Positions 1 to 12,100 of a DNA stretch of 49,824 nucleotides are shown piece after piece. Below the pieces are notes generated by a model, which had not been told where the DNA came from, searched no databases, and saw only the letters and a list, made by a program, of their open reading frames with translations. How positions within the stretch are numbered: position 1 is the stretch's first letter; each line of letters begins with the position of its first letter. Source of the DNA: Klebsormidium nitens (taxonomy: Eukaryota > Plantae > Klebsormidiophyceae); NCBI GenBank assembly GCA_000708835.1, contig DF237575.1, positions 1-49,824 of the forward strand, given 5' to 3'. The position numbers and the translations under genes were made by a program.

Positions 1-597
1 ACTCACAAAAGTGAGATAAGATTTTGCTATTTCACGTAGCTTATTACATAGGCATCATGCTTTTTCGCTTCGACTGCATATGTTGAGCGCACCCGACACG
101 GCACAGCCTCGACTCATCACGGCACGACACGTGCAAGCGTTCAAACTTCAAAGCTATCAACCTCAAGAGACACACTTTGCATACCAGTATTTGGCAGCTG
201 CAAGCTGTGCAACAGAACCACTGCTGCTGCCTGCATCACAGTGCTCTTCAATGGCTGCAGTGTGTTCATATATATCTTCATATTTGATTCGCAGAGCATG
301 CAGGGGAGTGCTCAATATAACCATGGTGTCAAGCATTCGACTGAATTCTTCGGGATAGAGAAGACAACCAGTATTGAACACTGCCAGACATAGCTGCTTC
401 CGGATCCGGTATAGCCGGGCATACTTCTATTCATTTCAATTTTCAGATACTTTGCGGAGGAAACAAACTCTTGACTTGGGAGGACAGCAACTAGGTTGAA
501 CGTGTTTCGCTGCTTGCGGGTCTTATGATTATAAGTTCAACAGCTCGGCCGGCGGCGGGCGGCCGGGCGCTCGGCCCGGCCGCGGGCGGCCCGCTCC

Positions 598-799
598 AAG
601 TCCACCCCGCTTCAGCGCTGTCGACGTTGAGTTGTCCAGGGTGCCCCCCCCATCGGCTGCGATGCTGCCGAGGCAAGACCAAGTCCCCCCCCCTTGTAGC
701 TGCTTCGCAGCCACAAGGTCCTTGAGTCCCCCCCCCATCCGACTTCGTTTGCTGGCCGCTAGTCCCAGCTGCCCCCCCCATAACAGTTACTACGGGGGG
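598..799. repeat. Degenerate ~42-44 bp periodic array of C8-9 runs (G-runs on the - strand), next to a GC-rich hairpin at ~545-595
   Basis: C-runs start at 644 (C8), 685 (C9), 728 (C9) and 772 (C8), with a degenerate CCACCCC at ~602. The 33-35 nt spacers are only loosely similar to each other. Confidence 0.6.
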
Positions 800-923
800 T
801 ACCGCTTCAAAATGACCCTTCCCTAAGATGTTTTCACACTTTTTTCGAGCCTGAGACACTAACAAAAGGAGTCTACTTCGTCGTACTTGCTTCATTGCAT
901 TGTCGCCACTTTCAGCTATCGGG

Positions 924-1142
924 CAGGGTTTCCCACAGCCGGCAAGAGAACCTGGACCTGGCCGGCCGAGACAGAACCCCGGCCGGTGCTGAAGGCACCC
1001 CGCCGCCTGGTTGGCCGGCAGAAAAGGCAGGCAGTTTGTGCGCTCAGCCGGCCGGTAGAGCCAATTGCCGACCACTCAGCCGACAGAACCGGGGGGGTGC
1101 CGGCAGCTAGCCGGCCGGGACAAAAGTGCGTGGGAAACCCTG
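924..1142. mobile_element. hAT-type MITE, 219 bp, non-autonomous
   Basis: Perfect 13-bp terminal inverted repeats CAGGGTTTCCCAC (924-936) / GTGGGAAACCCTG (1130-1142), flanked by an exact 8-bp direct repeat CTATCGGG (916-923 and 1143-1150). An 8-bp TSD with CAGGG termini is the established hAT signature. The interior is CCGG-rich with no transposase. Confidence 0.9.
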
Positions 1143-1819
1143 CTATCGGGGCGCTCGCGCATACCTATCCGAAACCTTCGCGCAGATTTTGGCACTCTTT
1201 CGGCACAATGATTGGCACATGTTCCCTTCCGTTGCTCCGTTTCCGTTTTTCGGAATCCGTGGTGCGGAACATGGAGAAACATTCACGTACACTACTGACG
1301 TATACACTACGATCATTATGTGACTTATGGACTTTGGGCCGCTCGAATCGAAAATCTGAACGCTGCATGCCTTCTGTTGTCTTTGATGCCTGAGTCCTGA
1401 GATGTCAAGGAATCGCCCTTGTGCCCGATTTCCCCCTTTGGTGTGAGCCATCGAGCATGATCAAAAGATCAAATATGGCCAGCTGAGATCTATGTTTATG
1501 CAACCAATCAGAGGCTCAATCTGCTTGAGACCGAAGGAGCTTTGACTTATCCACACTGTCTGATCAGTGTCTGTGTATAGCTAGCCGTCGTCATCTCTAC
1601 CGTCGGCGCGACCTGCTTAAAACCTTGACCATTACAAAGGATTCAATACAATGCGTTGCTCTTTCACTAGTATCCGTGACCACGCACTAACGTCGACTCG
1701 AATGCGTAAATGGCTGAGGATCAAGGAAGTCCTATGTAATGCCGGCGACTTTTTAGCAGACGAAGAGAGACGAAGTGTTCTTCCGATCTGAATATTGTAC
1801 AAGATAAATAGCTTGCAAG

Positions 1820-4800
1820 TTAGTAAGAAACCTTAGCAGAGGGCGAGGACGGAGCGTCCGAATCGCTCTCACTGCTTTCTTCGTCCTTGATGGGGGACCC
1901 GGTTCTCGACTCTGATATCAAGATCATTTTGCTGCTATCCATTTCCACCCCTGGTAATTCTCCTCTTTTTGCATCACCAGTTTGTGAACGCGTTTCCGTC
2001 AAAGATTCCGCTGCCTTGTCGGATCTCGATTCCGTTGCGGATTCCGCTGCCAAGCCGATCTCCACCAGGTCCGGCGCCGACTTGACGGAAAGCAGGCCGC
2101 AGCCCTTCCGCTTTCCGCTATGAGATGACCGCTTGGAGCGCCGCAAAACGGACCCCTTTCCGGCGGAACGAATCACCGGACCGTCAGACAACACCGGACA
2201 GCCGCTGCCGTCCGGTTCACTGTCCGGTGACACCCGGCCTTTTCTCAAACTAGAGGCGGACGTTTCTTGCTTGCTGCTCTGCGCGAGCTTGGCCTGACTT
2301 ACAACCCACCTGAAAGTAACGACGGAGATAAACGTCTTGAGAAGTGGATTGAAAGAACATGGATCAAAAAGCGCGTCAGAACCTTCGATCAGCAGAAATT
2401 TGCGGACCTGAACAATCTTTTCTTATCCCCTGCTCCTCGGGTCTGTTGGCAAAAGAACGGAGCAAGTAACGCAATAAGCTTCTTCGAATGAACATACAAA
2501 CACATCCTTTCAAGGTTCTTGGAAGGTACGTACATTCCGTCGTGTTTGACAAACGCGATTCCGGCTACGATTCATCTCCTAGTCTTATCCACGTGTCCTT
2601 TGGGCACGAACACTTGAAAGGAAGAGAATAGGGCGTGGAAGAGGTCCTCTTTTGGCAACCCGATAAGTGAGTTCAATAATGGCGCCAATAACTAGGTTGA
2701 GGGCGGCTCACTTGTCCCACAGTTTTGACGCGCAGGAGGCGTGCAAATCCAACGCGGTGCAGCACTGGACGGACGACAGATGGACACGCGTCAGAGAGCT
2801 GGCCAAGACTCCTCGGAAGCCTAGCCAGGGGCGTGCGGTTTCATCGGGCCTCACTCGTATGCGGTGCGCCTAACTACAGAATGGGCACCAGTAATCCACA
2901 TTTCGCGACTATGATAAGTCGGCTCTGAAAACCTAAACTCAAGTTTTGGACGTCAAAACGATTTGCTTTTACCTCTAGACCTTTCAAGCGGTGGATCTTA
3001 GCCAAGCGACTAAATGCTCACAGACCAGGCGCGTCGAGTTACCGGACTCGAACCGCTTCCGTTCCGTCGAATCATCAGCGGATTATCGCATTGCGCTGTT
3101 CTGAGCTGGCGAAGCGTCTCTTTTCAACGGAGCAAATGCCACGTGTGAGCTCACCTCTTCCCACGGTCGACTTGACACCTTGAGAAGGAGGTACCGCCAG
3201 CATATCTGATTCTGCGAGTGCGCGTCATGCTCTACCTGCGCAGATGACGTCATGCTCTTGTCATGGGCGGCGGGAACTTGAGATGAAGTCAACTTTTAGC
3301 AAAACGTGCTTGCACCTTCGCGAAGGGGGACAAAAAGGAGAATGAAGAAACGCCAGGAGAGAACTTTACAGGCACGCGTTTGTGTTCACGTCTGTGCGAC
3401 ATTCTGCAAGGCTGTGCTTCTCCTTTTATGAGGTGTGCGCTGAGTGCGTTTAGACGGGAGCGAGGCGCGCGCGTCTTCAGATGTCTGTCTGACAGTACAA
3501 CGTGTAAACCGACCGGGTAAATCGGAGGGGAGGCTCACCGGCAAGCCGACCCGTATCTTGAGCACGGTGTGCCACCACCGCTCGTACGACTGCTTGAAGT
3601 CTGTGACAATGGCGGCCAAACTGCACGGGATTTTGTGTTGCTTCACATGTCTCGAATCACTGGAACGGTTCCAAAGGAAAGTGGTGTCCTAAGCGGTGGC
3701 GTGTAGAGCACAAGGACGAGGCCAAAAAGCAGAAGTGGGAGGAATGACGACGTCAGAGCAGATTTCGAAGAGCCATTTCTATTTGCTCGTAGGAGAAAGA
3801 CGAGAAAAATGGTGAGAGCTCCCGAACGCAAGCTCGAACAGCAAAGCGGATTTCGAGTGAGGCGTTTGTCATGAGTAGGCGGAAAAAGGAAAGGAGACGG
3901 GTTCTCAGATGAGGATTGGATGTCCAAAACGATGGCATCAAACAAGCTGAACCGCCAGCATACCATGTTTGTAATCAGAACATTTTTTATTATTTTCGAG
4001 CGACGACACAAAAAGTTATCCCCGGCGAGGGCCACCGAGGGAGCCACCTACAGGCTGCAACGGGATCCCCGTCAGAAAAAAGGTAGCGTCAGATCCGGAT
4101 TGTCAAAGCTGACGTGAGCAGCCACGAAATTGGACTCTGATGCTGACGTCAGCAGCTGAGAGACTTCGATGCTTATTTTCCTGACGTAACCGCCACAAAC
4201 GCCCACCTGTTAAAGACGAGGTCCTTGAACATGAGCTCCTTCCGCCGGCTGATGCCCAGGGCGCCGTACCGGCCTCCGTTCCGCACTACGAGAACGATGT
4301 GGCGGAACTCCTGAACGGAGCGGCCATGAAGAACAAAGCTGTTCAGCAGAAAGGCGGAAGCGCGAAGAGACCTCTTTGACACTGACCAAGATTGGATGCG
4401 GCCGGGGAAAAACGAAGGCACGAAAGAGGTTTGCGAGTCTTATCGTTTCGGCGTTCAAGAAGCTTTATCATAGCAAAGAGCAACGAAGTGGTCAGGCTTT
4501 ATGTCTCTCAGCTGATTGGACCGAAAGGATATGAAGAGCTACAAAGCCGAGGCGAGGCTTGAGCTTCGATTGAAGTCGTGAAGATAGGACTCCACAGAAA
4601 GCGTGTGATGACCCGGTCAGGAAGAAGCTCTCACCTGGCCATCAACTGCCGTCTTGAAGCCAAGCGGAATCCGATCGATGTCCAAGCCCGACTGCAAGCA
4701 AGAAATAGACCCATTTGGCAAGGCAAAAGTATGGTGAAATCCTTGGACAGATACGCTTTCAACGATCAGTCCTTCACATCCTCAACTGGTGCAAACTCAG

Positions 4801-6156
4801 TGGAAAGGAGTTTTTCTGGCCGTCTCATCGGCACCCTTACATTTGACTCGTCAAAAGTTTCACCTGATTGGTTGGATAGTCAAGAAGGACTTTGCTGAGC
4901 GTCGACTTACCGTCAAAAGAAGTGCCAGAAAGACGGCCTCTACGCACTTGATTGGCAGAGCATCGCGTATGATCTGTGAGGAAACGGCAGCTGATCAGAC
5001 AAAAGCTACCTTTTTCTTCACCTTTTCCATCAAGCTTTGGCATGACTGGGCAGAGCAATAAGGCTAGCAGCCAACGAGCCATTTGCAGACCAGTTTGCCA
5101 ATTCTACAGATTTGATTGGAAACCCCAGAACATCTCCAAAACTCCTGGCATTCAGGGCGAGGGAGTCAGGCAATCTGGCAGCCTTCCCAGAACTCAAGCT
5201 TGTGAACTTTGACACCGGCTTCTAAGATGATGTAGAGAGCGCGTGAACTGAAGAAGAAGAACAAGGCACCAGTGCTCAGTATTGTCATCCTGAAGCGACT
5301 GACAGAAGTGTCGACTTCTGGGGCATGTCGAACGTTTAACACAGGGAAGAGCGCCCCTACCTGCCGCCCGGTGTCAACAATGCGCTTCAGAGGCCGCTTC
5401 TTGCGAACGTTGAAGTAGGTCTCTGGGGTGTAGTTGTACTCGAACGAGCTTATGAACTGCAGACAGACGGTTTCGAGTACTGAAGAAAAGACTATCAAAC
5501 GGGTTATTCAATAAAAGCATCTCGGATTACCCCAGAAGCCGAGTGCGTTGCTTCATTCGTGATGAATCTGTGGTCGCCTTCCCCTGTCGAGGTCGACTAA
5601 CCCCAATGGTCAACGGCATAACGGCATTCCCTTCCAATCTGTACCAAGTGGCTTCCACAGAAAGCGTTCTGAAGTTGATGAACACCACTAACCCAGCAGC
5701 ATTCAGCTGCCTAACAAGTCTCACACGGGTCCAGATCACGATCAGCAGGCGCTTCTGTTCTGCGGATACACCTGTTAGCAAGCTACTGGAGTCAGCAGCC
5801 CTGTTACAGCATTGCATTGCACACACTCGTTGGGACAGTCCGAACGGTGGTGCAGATCAGTTTGTTTCAGCAAACACCACCCCAAAAAACGTTCCAAATT
5901 TCAAGGGTGCCCCTTCCTTTCTTGAGCATGCTGCACAAACGGCGCGATCACCTGTAAAGGCCCTATTACACCTAATGGGCAAAAGCAGGGACTGCAAGTT
6001 TTCTTTGCATACAGCTGACCCCACCTGCTGAATTGCTCTGAGTCGCTGCCGCAGCGGCAGCTTAGCAAGTCCCTCAGGCAGTACCGGACGTGGTGGCGCC
6101 GGACCCACTCCGGACGGCTCTGATTCGGATGGCTCTGATTTGATCGAGCAGCCCAT
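1820..6156 (-). CDS. VASH: Vasohibin-family tubulin carboxypeptidase (detyrosinase), ~385 aa, 9 exons
   Basis: Phase-consistent GT-AG exons: 6025-6156, 5361-5456, 4911-4973, 4635-4691, 4207-4310, 3539-3620, 3155-3235, 2712-2764, 1820-2309. The translation contains FEYNYTPETYFNVRKKRPL, DALPIKCVEAVFLALLLT, DRIPLGFKT, FRHIVLVVRNGGRYGALGISRRKELMFK and FKQSYERWWHTVLKIRVGLPV. These match the VASH1/2 motifs LQYNHTG..FEIKKSRP, LPIKCLEAV, FRHIV..GRYGALGMSRR and YGRCWHVLKKVKLG. The start Met at 6156 is uncertain. Confidence 0.9.
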
Positions 6157-9136
6157 TGGCGAAGAGAGTGCGAGACTCGATGATTTTGAGATGTGGCAGG
6201 GGGTGAGTCCTAGCAGGAAGTCACTGGTGTGCTACGGTAGGGACTCAAATTTGAGCATGAGTATGAGTCGCCTTGACGAGGCACCATTCATGCACCATCT
6301 GCTTTGCTCGTTGCTGCGCAAACTCGTTGGAGGACCTATATCACCTAAAGTGCAGCGCACATACGCCTCTACTCAGTAGATCAGTAGCATACAAGTCTCG
6401 AATCAGACTAACAGCGGGATCTGCCCCTTCATCACAAATGCGGAGAGATCCGATGATCGACCAGCTTTGAGAACACAGCATTGGGAAGCCGCCTTCAAGG
6501 GCCACTACAAAATTGCTTCGCGCCTTTCTATGCGCTTCAAGTTCAAAGCTCTCAGAGTCAGAGTCAGAGGTCTCCGGCTGGAGTGGACCCCAAATTGACG
6601 TGATGTCAACGATCTACGATCATCTACGGTCTCAAATCCATTCGGTCTGGCTATGGACGGACGGACGGCCGGATTGACTACATGTATGACTGCGCGCGCA
6701 ATCGCAAGGGTAAACCTGCTGTGGATTGAAGGTTGCAAAGGCAGTCTCTCGAATTTTGCTGTCAGTGTTTAGGACGTACATGCCAAAGTACGCTACCTAT
6801 TGATTGCAGGTAGGTATTGAAAAGACTCATGAACAGTACACCCAATTTGGGACCTGCATGTGAGAATCTGGAGAGGCGGCTTCCTATTGGCCAGCTTCAC
6901 CGCCGATGTTTGCATCCACGCGCAGCTTGGATTGGGGTAGGTAGAGCCTTCACCAATACCTAGTTCTTATTTCCTCTCTTCTTATTTCTCCTTAAACTTT
7001 GAAGCTTCAACCGTCAGGTACTAGGTACCTGAATTCGTTGCTATCCATAGGAGTCAGGGACCTCACTAGCAGGACCTTCGTAATCTTGAGTTTGAATAAG
7101 CGTACAGGTAGGCAACTGTTATGACCTCATTTAGCACCTCCCTCGGCTGCATCAGCCATCCGCAATCAAAGCGCAAGCTAATCAAAGTGGTCTGCTACTA
7201 GCTAATCAAAATTAACATGCTTGGGCAGGTGCCTCCTTTTCTTGTCTACCAAGGAGGCCGTCTGATTGACCTGAGCTGTCACCACCTGTTGCTGATGACG
7301 GGAGCTGCAATGTGTTTCAAGTTCGTCGCAGACCTTCGATTGATGGAAAATAGTGGTGCAGCAATAGGCAGCTGGAAAGCCCTTCTGGCTGGCTCTAGGC
7401 GTTATTGAGCTGGCTGCAAAAGAAGGGTTTTTCTTAATCCAGCTCCTTGCGCCACATTGTCAATAAGCGCACGCAAAGATGGAGTACCAGAGGTGCACCA
7501 GAGGAGGGGCGTTCAGCAACTTTGTAAGTGTGCTCACCTTCCCTCCGTTCTTCAAGTCAGCAAAGTCCAGTTTAGATACTAGAAAGCCTTGTGATTTTTG
7601 CTCTATAGCGTCACATTGCAGGGGTGTGCAGGTAGGTGCCGACACTAGCTGTTTATCAAAGGGTTTCAGAAGAATTCTTTCAACTTTAGCTTTTCTGTCC
7701 TGCGCAAATGGTTGACAAAATGTAGTGGTATAAGCAACCACGATTTGGATTAACAACCAATCAAGCAGCACCAGCTGCCAAGAGAAATGATTCTGCATCA
7801 GGGCACCTGTATCAGCGAAAAGCAGCAGCAAGAGGGGTGAGGAAAGAAAGAAACCCTTCATTGGATCATTCAAACTTACTACTTAGAAGGCATCTGTAAA
7901 GATCCTAGTGGCCCGCGTGGCAGCCTTGGTAAGACGAGAGAGACGAGAGAGAAAACACTGCCATAAAAACTCAAGGAGGCTGAGGTCTTTCTGATTTGAG
8001 AGCATGAAGGGAAGGGTTTGTCATAAGAACGACGTAAGTTAGGGGCACTGCCCCCATTACATGAGAGCCTGAGTACCCGCAGATCAATGTGTGTGCAGAA
8101 CAATTCGGATCCTTTTTTCTAGGATTTTACGTACCTCAAATAGACACTTCCTCTTTGATGCCAGGGTCAAAGCCAAGCCGAAGGGACTTTGCACTAGGGA
8201 CTTTGGAAGGAGTCTGCGCTGGTTGCGCAGTTTTCCAGATGTTTGCGGATCGAAAATCCTCTCGGAACCTTTTCCGCCAAAGCCAGCCCCGAGTCCTGCG
8301 GGGCATCCATTCTTCCTCAATCCAATCAAACCACGTCCTGGACATGTGACCATCAAAATATCAGGGTAGCTTACAGGGCAAGCCCTCATGTGAATTGAAC
8401 AGGGGGTCCTTCCTGAGTCGACCCTTTTCAATGGCTTGCCAACCAAAGTAATCCGTCTAAGGAGAGCTCTTCGCAACCAACTTCGCGGTACCAAACCCGA
8501 AGAGCACCAACTGCAAGCAGGCATCACATATTGGCTCTTTAATAGCCCCCTCTGGCATGCGTTGCAGCGGTCTGTGATGCTCATACGCTATAGTTTGGGT
8601 TGCTTATTAGCCCTGAGATTCCAGGAGAAAGATACAAGGCTCGCCAACCAAGTCCTCGAATCTAAAGCTTACGATGCGTTCATGTGCAAACCCCCAGACT
8701 AAGGCCTCCAGTGCTCAAATGCTTCTCGTAGCCTTGTTCGACCGTTAAGCGAGACGAGACTTGCCAATCCGCTCTCCTCCGGCTCAGCGCCACCTGAATT
8801 GCTCATAACATTGCTCGTCTTGCACGCTAACATCAACGATTTTATTTTTCGTGCTGCCCCGTCTCACATAAGGTGTTAGAGGGTTTTTATAAAGAAGCTC
8901 TGTAAATTATCATCACGTCAGCTTTCACCAAACGTCGCTCTCAGGTGCACTTTGCAGGGCACACCGCTTTCAGGGAACAATCAGCAACAGGTTCTACTCG
9001 CATTGGCGTCAGCAAGAGTAGATGCGTCTTGAGTTGGCGACTGCAAACGAGCGCCCTTCTCCCTTTCGAGATAGTGGCTGAGGGGCGTGCTCGTCATCCG
9101 TGACGTTTTCCTGACGTCACTCTTCCATCTTCGCAG

Positions 9137-12100
9137 TTGAGCGCCCTCCCCCGCCTCAACGCGGGGCTGAAAGGCGTTTCCAACAACCTGGCCGCGTACG
9201 ACTTTTTCAACTGTCTGCGGAACGAGACCCAGTGCCGTTTGGGGGAGCTCGAGATTGCTGACGTGACAACGCTCGCGGTCAGGGCGTTCACCGGACGGCT
9301 GGGGGGGCGTCCGGAGAAGGCCTCGGACCCCCGGAACTATGTCCAGGTGAGGATGTTGAAACTTGACAACGTGAATGGAAGTATCGTACCAGAATATATT
9401 TTGAGAAACGATGAAAGGTTGTGCTCCTAGAAGTTAGTCTGGGTAGAGCATTTGTGCTTGGAAGAGACTGCTCCGATGGTCGAAAGTGACGTGACGTCTC
9501 GCGAATGGCTAGACGCGGCTTCAACAAAGGTAATCAGCAAATTGCGCGCCGAATCACTTCTGGGCCACTCAAAAAGCTCATGGAGAACACCTGACCCGCT
9601 TTCTGGACGAGCAAGACAATCCTTGATTCATCTACGCTCCTTCCCTTTTGCCTGTGAATGCAACTAGTTTGTGCCGATTGTGAATCCGTGTACGAACAAC
9701 GATCCGGCCAACGATTCGTTAGCTGTTCCTGACGCTTTAAACACGCTACGTTTCTAAGATCTGTGCACGTGGGTGCATCATTGCGAAAGGCTGCACAGGA
9801 CAGGACCGAGAATTCTCTCTTGGGTGCCCGTAGATTTCCGAAGGAATAAAGAGTCAGCTTGAAACCCATCTGCAGAATTTTGACCGAGTCCACGCTCAAA
9901 GAAGAAGTGAAGGGGCGAAGTAACCTTGTCTGTTCATAAGGGTTCTCGTTGTCTTCCGCAGGCCCTCGCCATCTACTCCTACATCGGCCTCGCCCTCGCG
10001 CTCCTCTCCACTCTCGTTCTCTTCGCCACCCTAGTTTGGCTCTGCCTCCGCAAATCGCAGCGGAGCCTGTCGTTCTTCCGGCGGGCCGTCGCGTGGTCGC
10101 GGCCGGCTTCGCGCCGGCAGTCGTCGAAGCACGGCAGCTCTATACCTGACCTGCCCAAGTTCGACGTCGGAAGGGAGGCGCGCCGGCGGCGCTGGGCAAG
10201 CATCTTGCTCGGTTTCTACGCCCTCGCAACAGTGTGAGGTGTCCGATTTCAAGATTGTGCAAGGTTTTGGGAAAATGCCGTGCCCACGTTGTAAACTTTG
10301 CTCAAGTGTACCAGAGAAGAACGGCCCCGGTTTTGCGGATTGACTGGTACAAGTATAAGAAAGCTCTTTTCTGTCGGTCGCACGAACCCAAGTCTGTCCA
10401 CAGAATGTTTCGATATCTGAAATGTTCAGGGACGAAAGGGAAAACGCTTCGATCCTGTTCAGTCAGAGTCTAAAGGGTCGCAAGTCGCTCCTGCACCTCA
10501 CAAAGAAACTTTTCACACCTTCTTCCTCTTTGTTCTTACTTCTCTTTCAATCAAAGTGGTTTGACCCGAAAACAGCGCATCCGAGAACGTTTAGGAAGGT
10601 CATTGTGCATGTTCCTTCCCCGCAGTTGCTTCATCTTCGTCGGCGTCTTCAAGGGCGCGCTCGCGCTCGCGCCGGCCGCGCAGCGCGCGCTGGTGCGCTC
10701 GCCCACGAATCTCGCGGGCGTCGTGCGCGGGCTGAACCCTCCGCTGCAAACGTTCCTGACCGCGTCGGGCGCCAGCATCTCGGACACGTTGCGGCAGGTA
10801 ACCAAAAGTTCGTCTTTTTTGCAAGTGAATGGAATTTCGGCAGGTGATGTCCGTCTTAACAACAGAACGAAAAGAGGTTTTGGCAGGGTCTCTCCTAACG
10901 GTACTTTGAATCATACTGCTGAGGACGGTACGCTTGTCTGATCGACTCTTGACTGTGGTCAGTAGGGGCACCACTCGACACCAAGATGTTCTTGAAGTAG
11001 ATGTTCCCTGTCTAACGCGGTGACGCATTGCATTTCGACAGAGAAACGACGGGGAAAACCTTATTTCTTTCTGGGGGGGAAATTTTCCACGAAGCAAGTC
11101 ATTGTGCCGGAAAACTGAAGCAGATCAAAGATGCTTTCAACCCTTACAGGTGAACGAGAGCATCGTGTCGACGGTGGACTTGGACGCGCTGAGGCGCGAC
11201 GTGGAGTGTGCGGAGAACGGCCAGCTTCAGCTGCCGAGCAACGGAACTCTGGAACTGGTCCTGGGCGCCGTGCAATCAACGTATGATCAGATACCAGGTA
11301 CGAGGCGAATCTTTAGTCCTTCAATTTGTGGTATACGGTAGAGCTTGGGGGGCTTTTCTGCCGGAAGATTCTGAGGCTTAGTGTTCAGGATTCGTGATTC
11401 TATTACGAATCAGGATAAATCAGAAGGCAAAAGGGCGCCAAAATCGATAGAGACTCTTAGTGAAACTCTGCTCGAATCTGATATTCTGTGGTGTTTTTGG
11501 AGTGGCCAAGAATCCAAGACATGCTCATCCCTTCTATTCCGCTACAATACCCTTGGGGTGACGAAAGATACACGAGCGGAAGAAGCCGAGAACTAAGCAA
11601 GCCCGTCAAACAACAAGAACGTGTCTTTTACTGGACACGTTGCATAAATGAGGAAACACTTTGTGGGTTGTTTTCAGATTCTCTGACTGTGGGACTGCAA
11701 ATAGAGTCCGCGCAAGAGGAGACTGCGAACCTGAGTCGGGTGCTGCCACCTGTCAGCACGACGTTACAGGTACGACGCAGAAACAAACAGTGCTAAAATA
11801 GACACTGTGCACAGAATCAAAGATTCTTTGAGTCGAAGCTCTTGCTATCCGGAGCTTTGATTATTATGCCCCGCCAGGGATGGTGATACCTAGAAAGAGA
11901 AATAGCAAGCAATCTAGGTCTCATCCGCTCCTGCAAATCTGTGGCTCTTCGTAAGGTCTTTCAGGGTCGCAAAATAAGCATCGCTTTACGCACAGAGATG
12001 GCCACTCACGTTCTAACAAGTAGATCAAGCTTGCGGTCGACTGGGCCACAAAGGGTCTGATCCAATGTCATGCTGCACCCTCTGTGAAACCAGCACCTTG

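Noticed and set aside
163-381. Possible exon of a minus-strand gene running off the left edge (…LHALRIKYEDIYEHTAAIEEHCD…, donor G|GTATGC near 187)
   Set aside because: No recognisable domain and no partner exon inside the window, so it cannot be supported.
598-799. CRISPR array
   Set aside because: The repeat is only a C homopolymer, the spacers resemble each other, there are no cas genes, and the context is eukaryotic.
8091-8702. Same-frame ORF pair (8091-8369, 8436-8702) with protein-like stretches, a possible decayed gene or 5' exons of the membrane protein
   Set aside because: Two internal stops, no recognisable family and no convincing splice path to 9137. Left unannotated.
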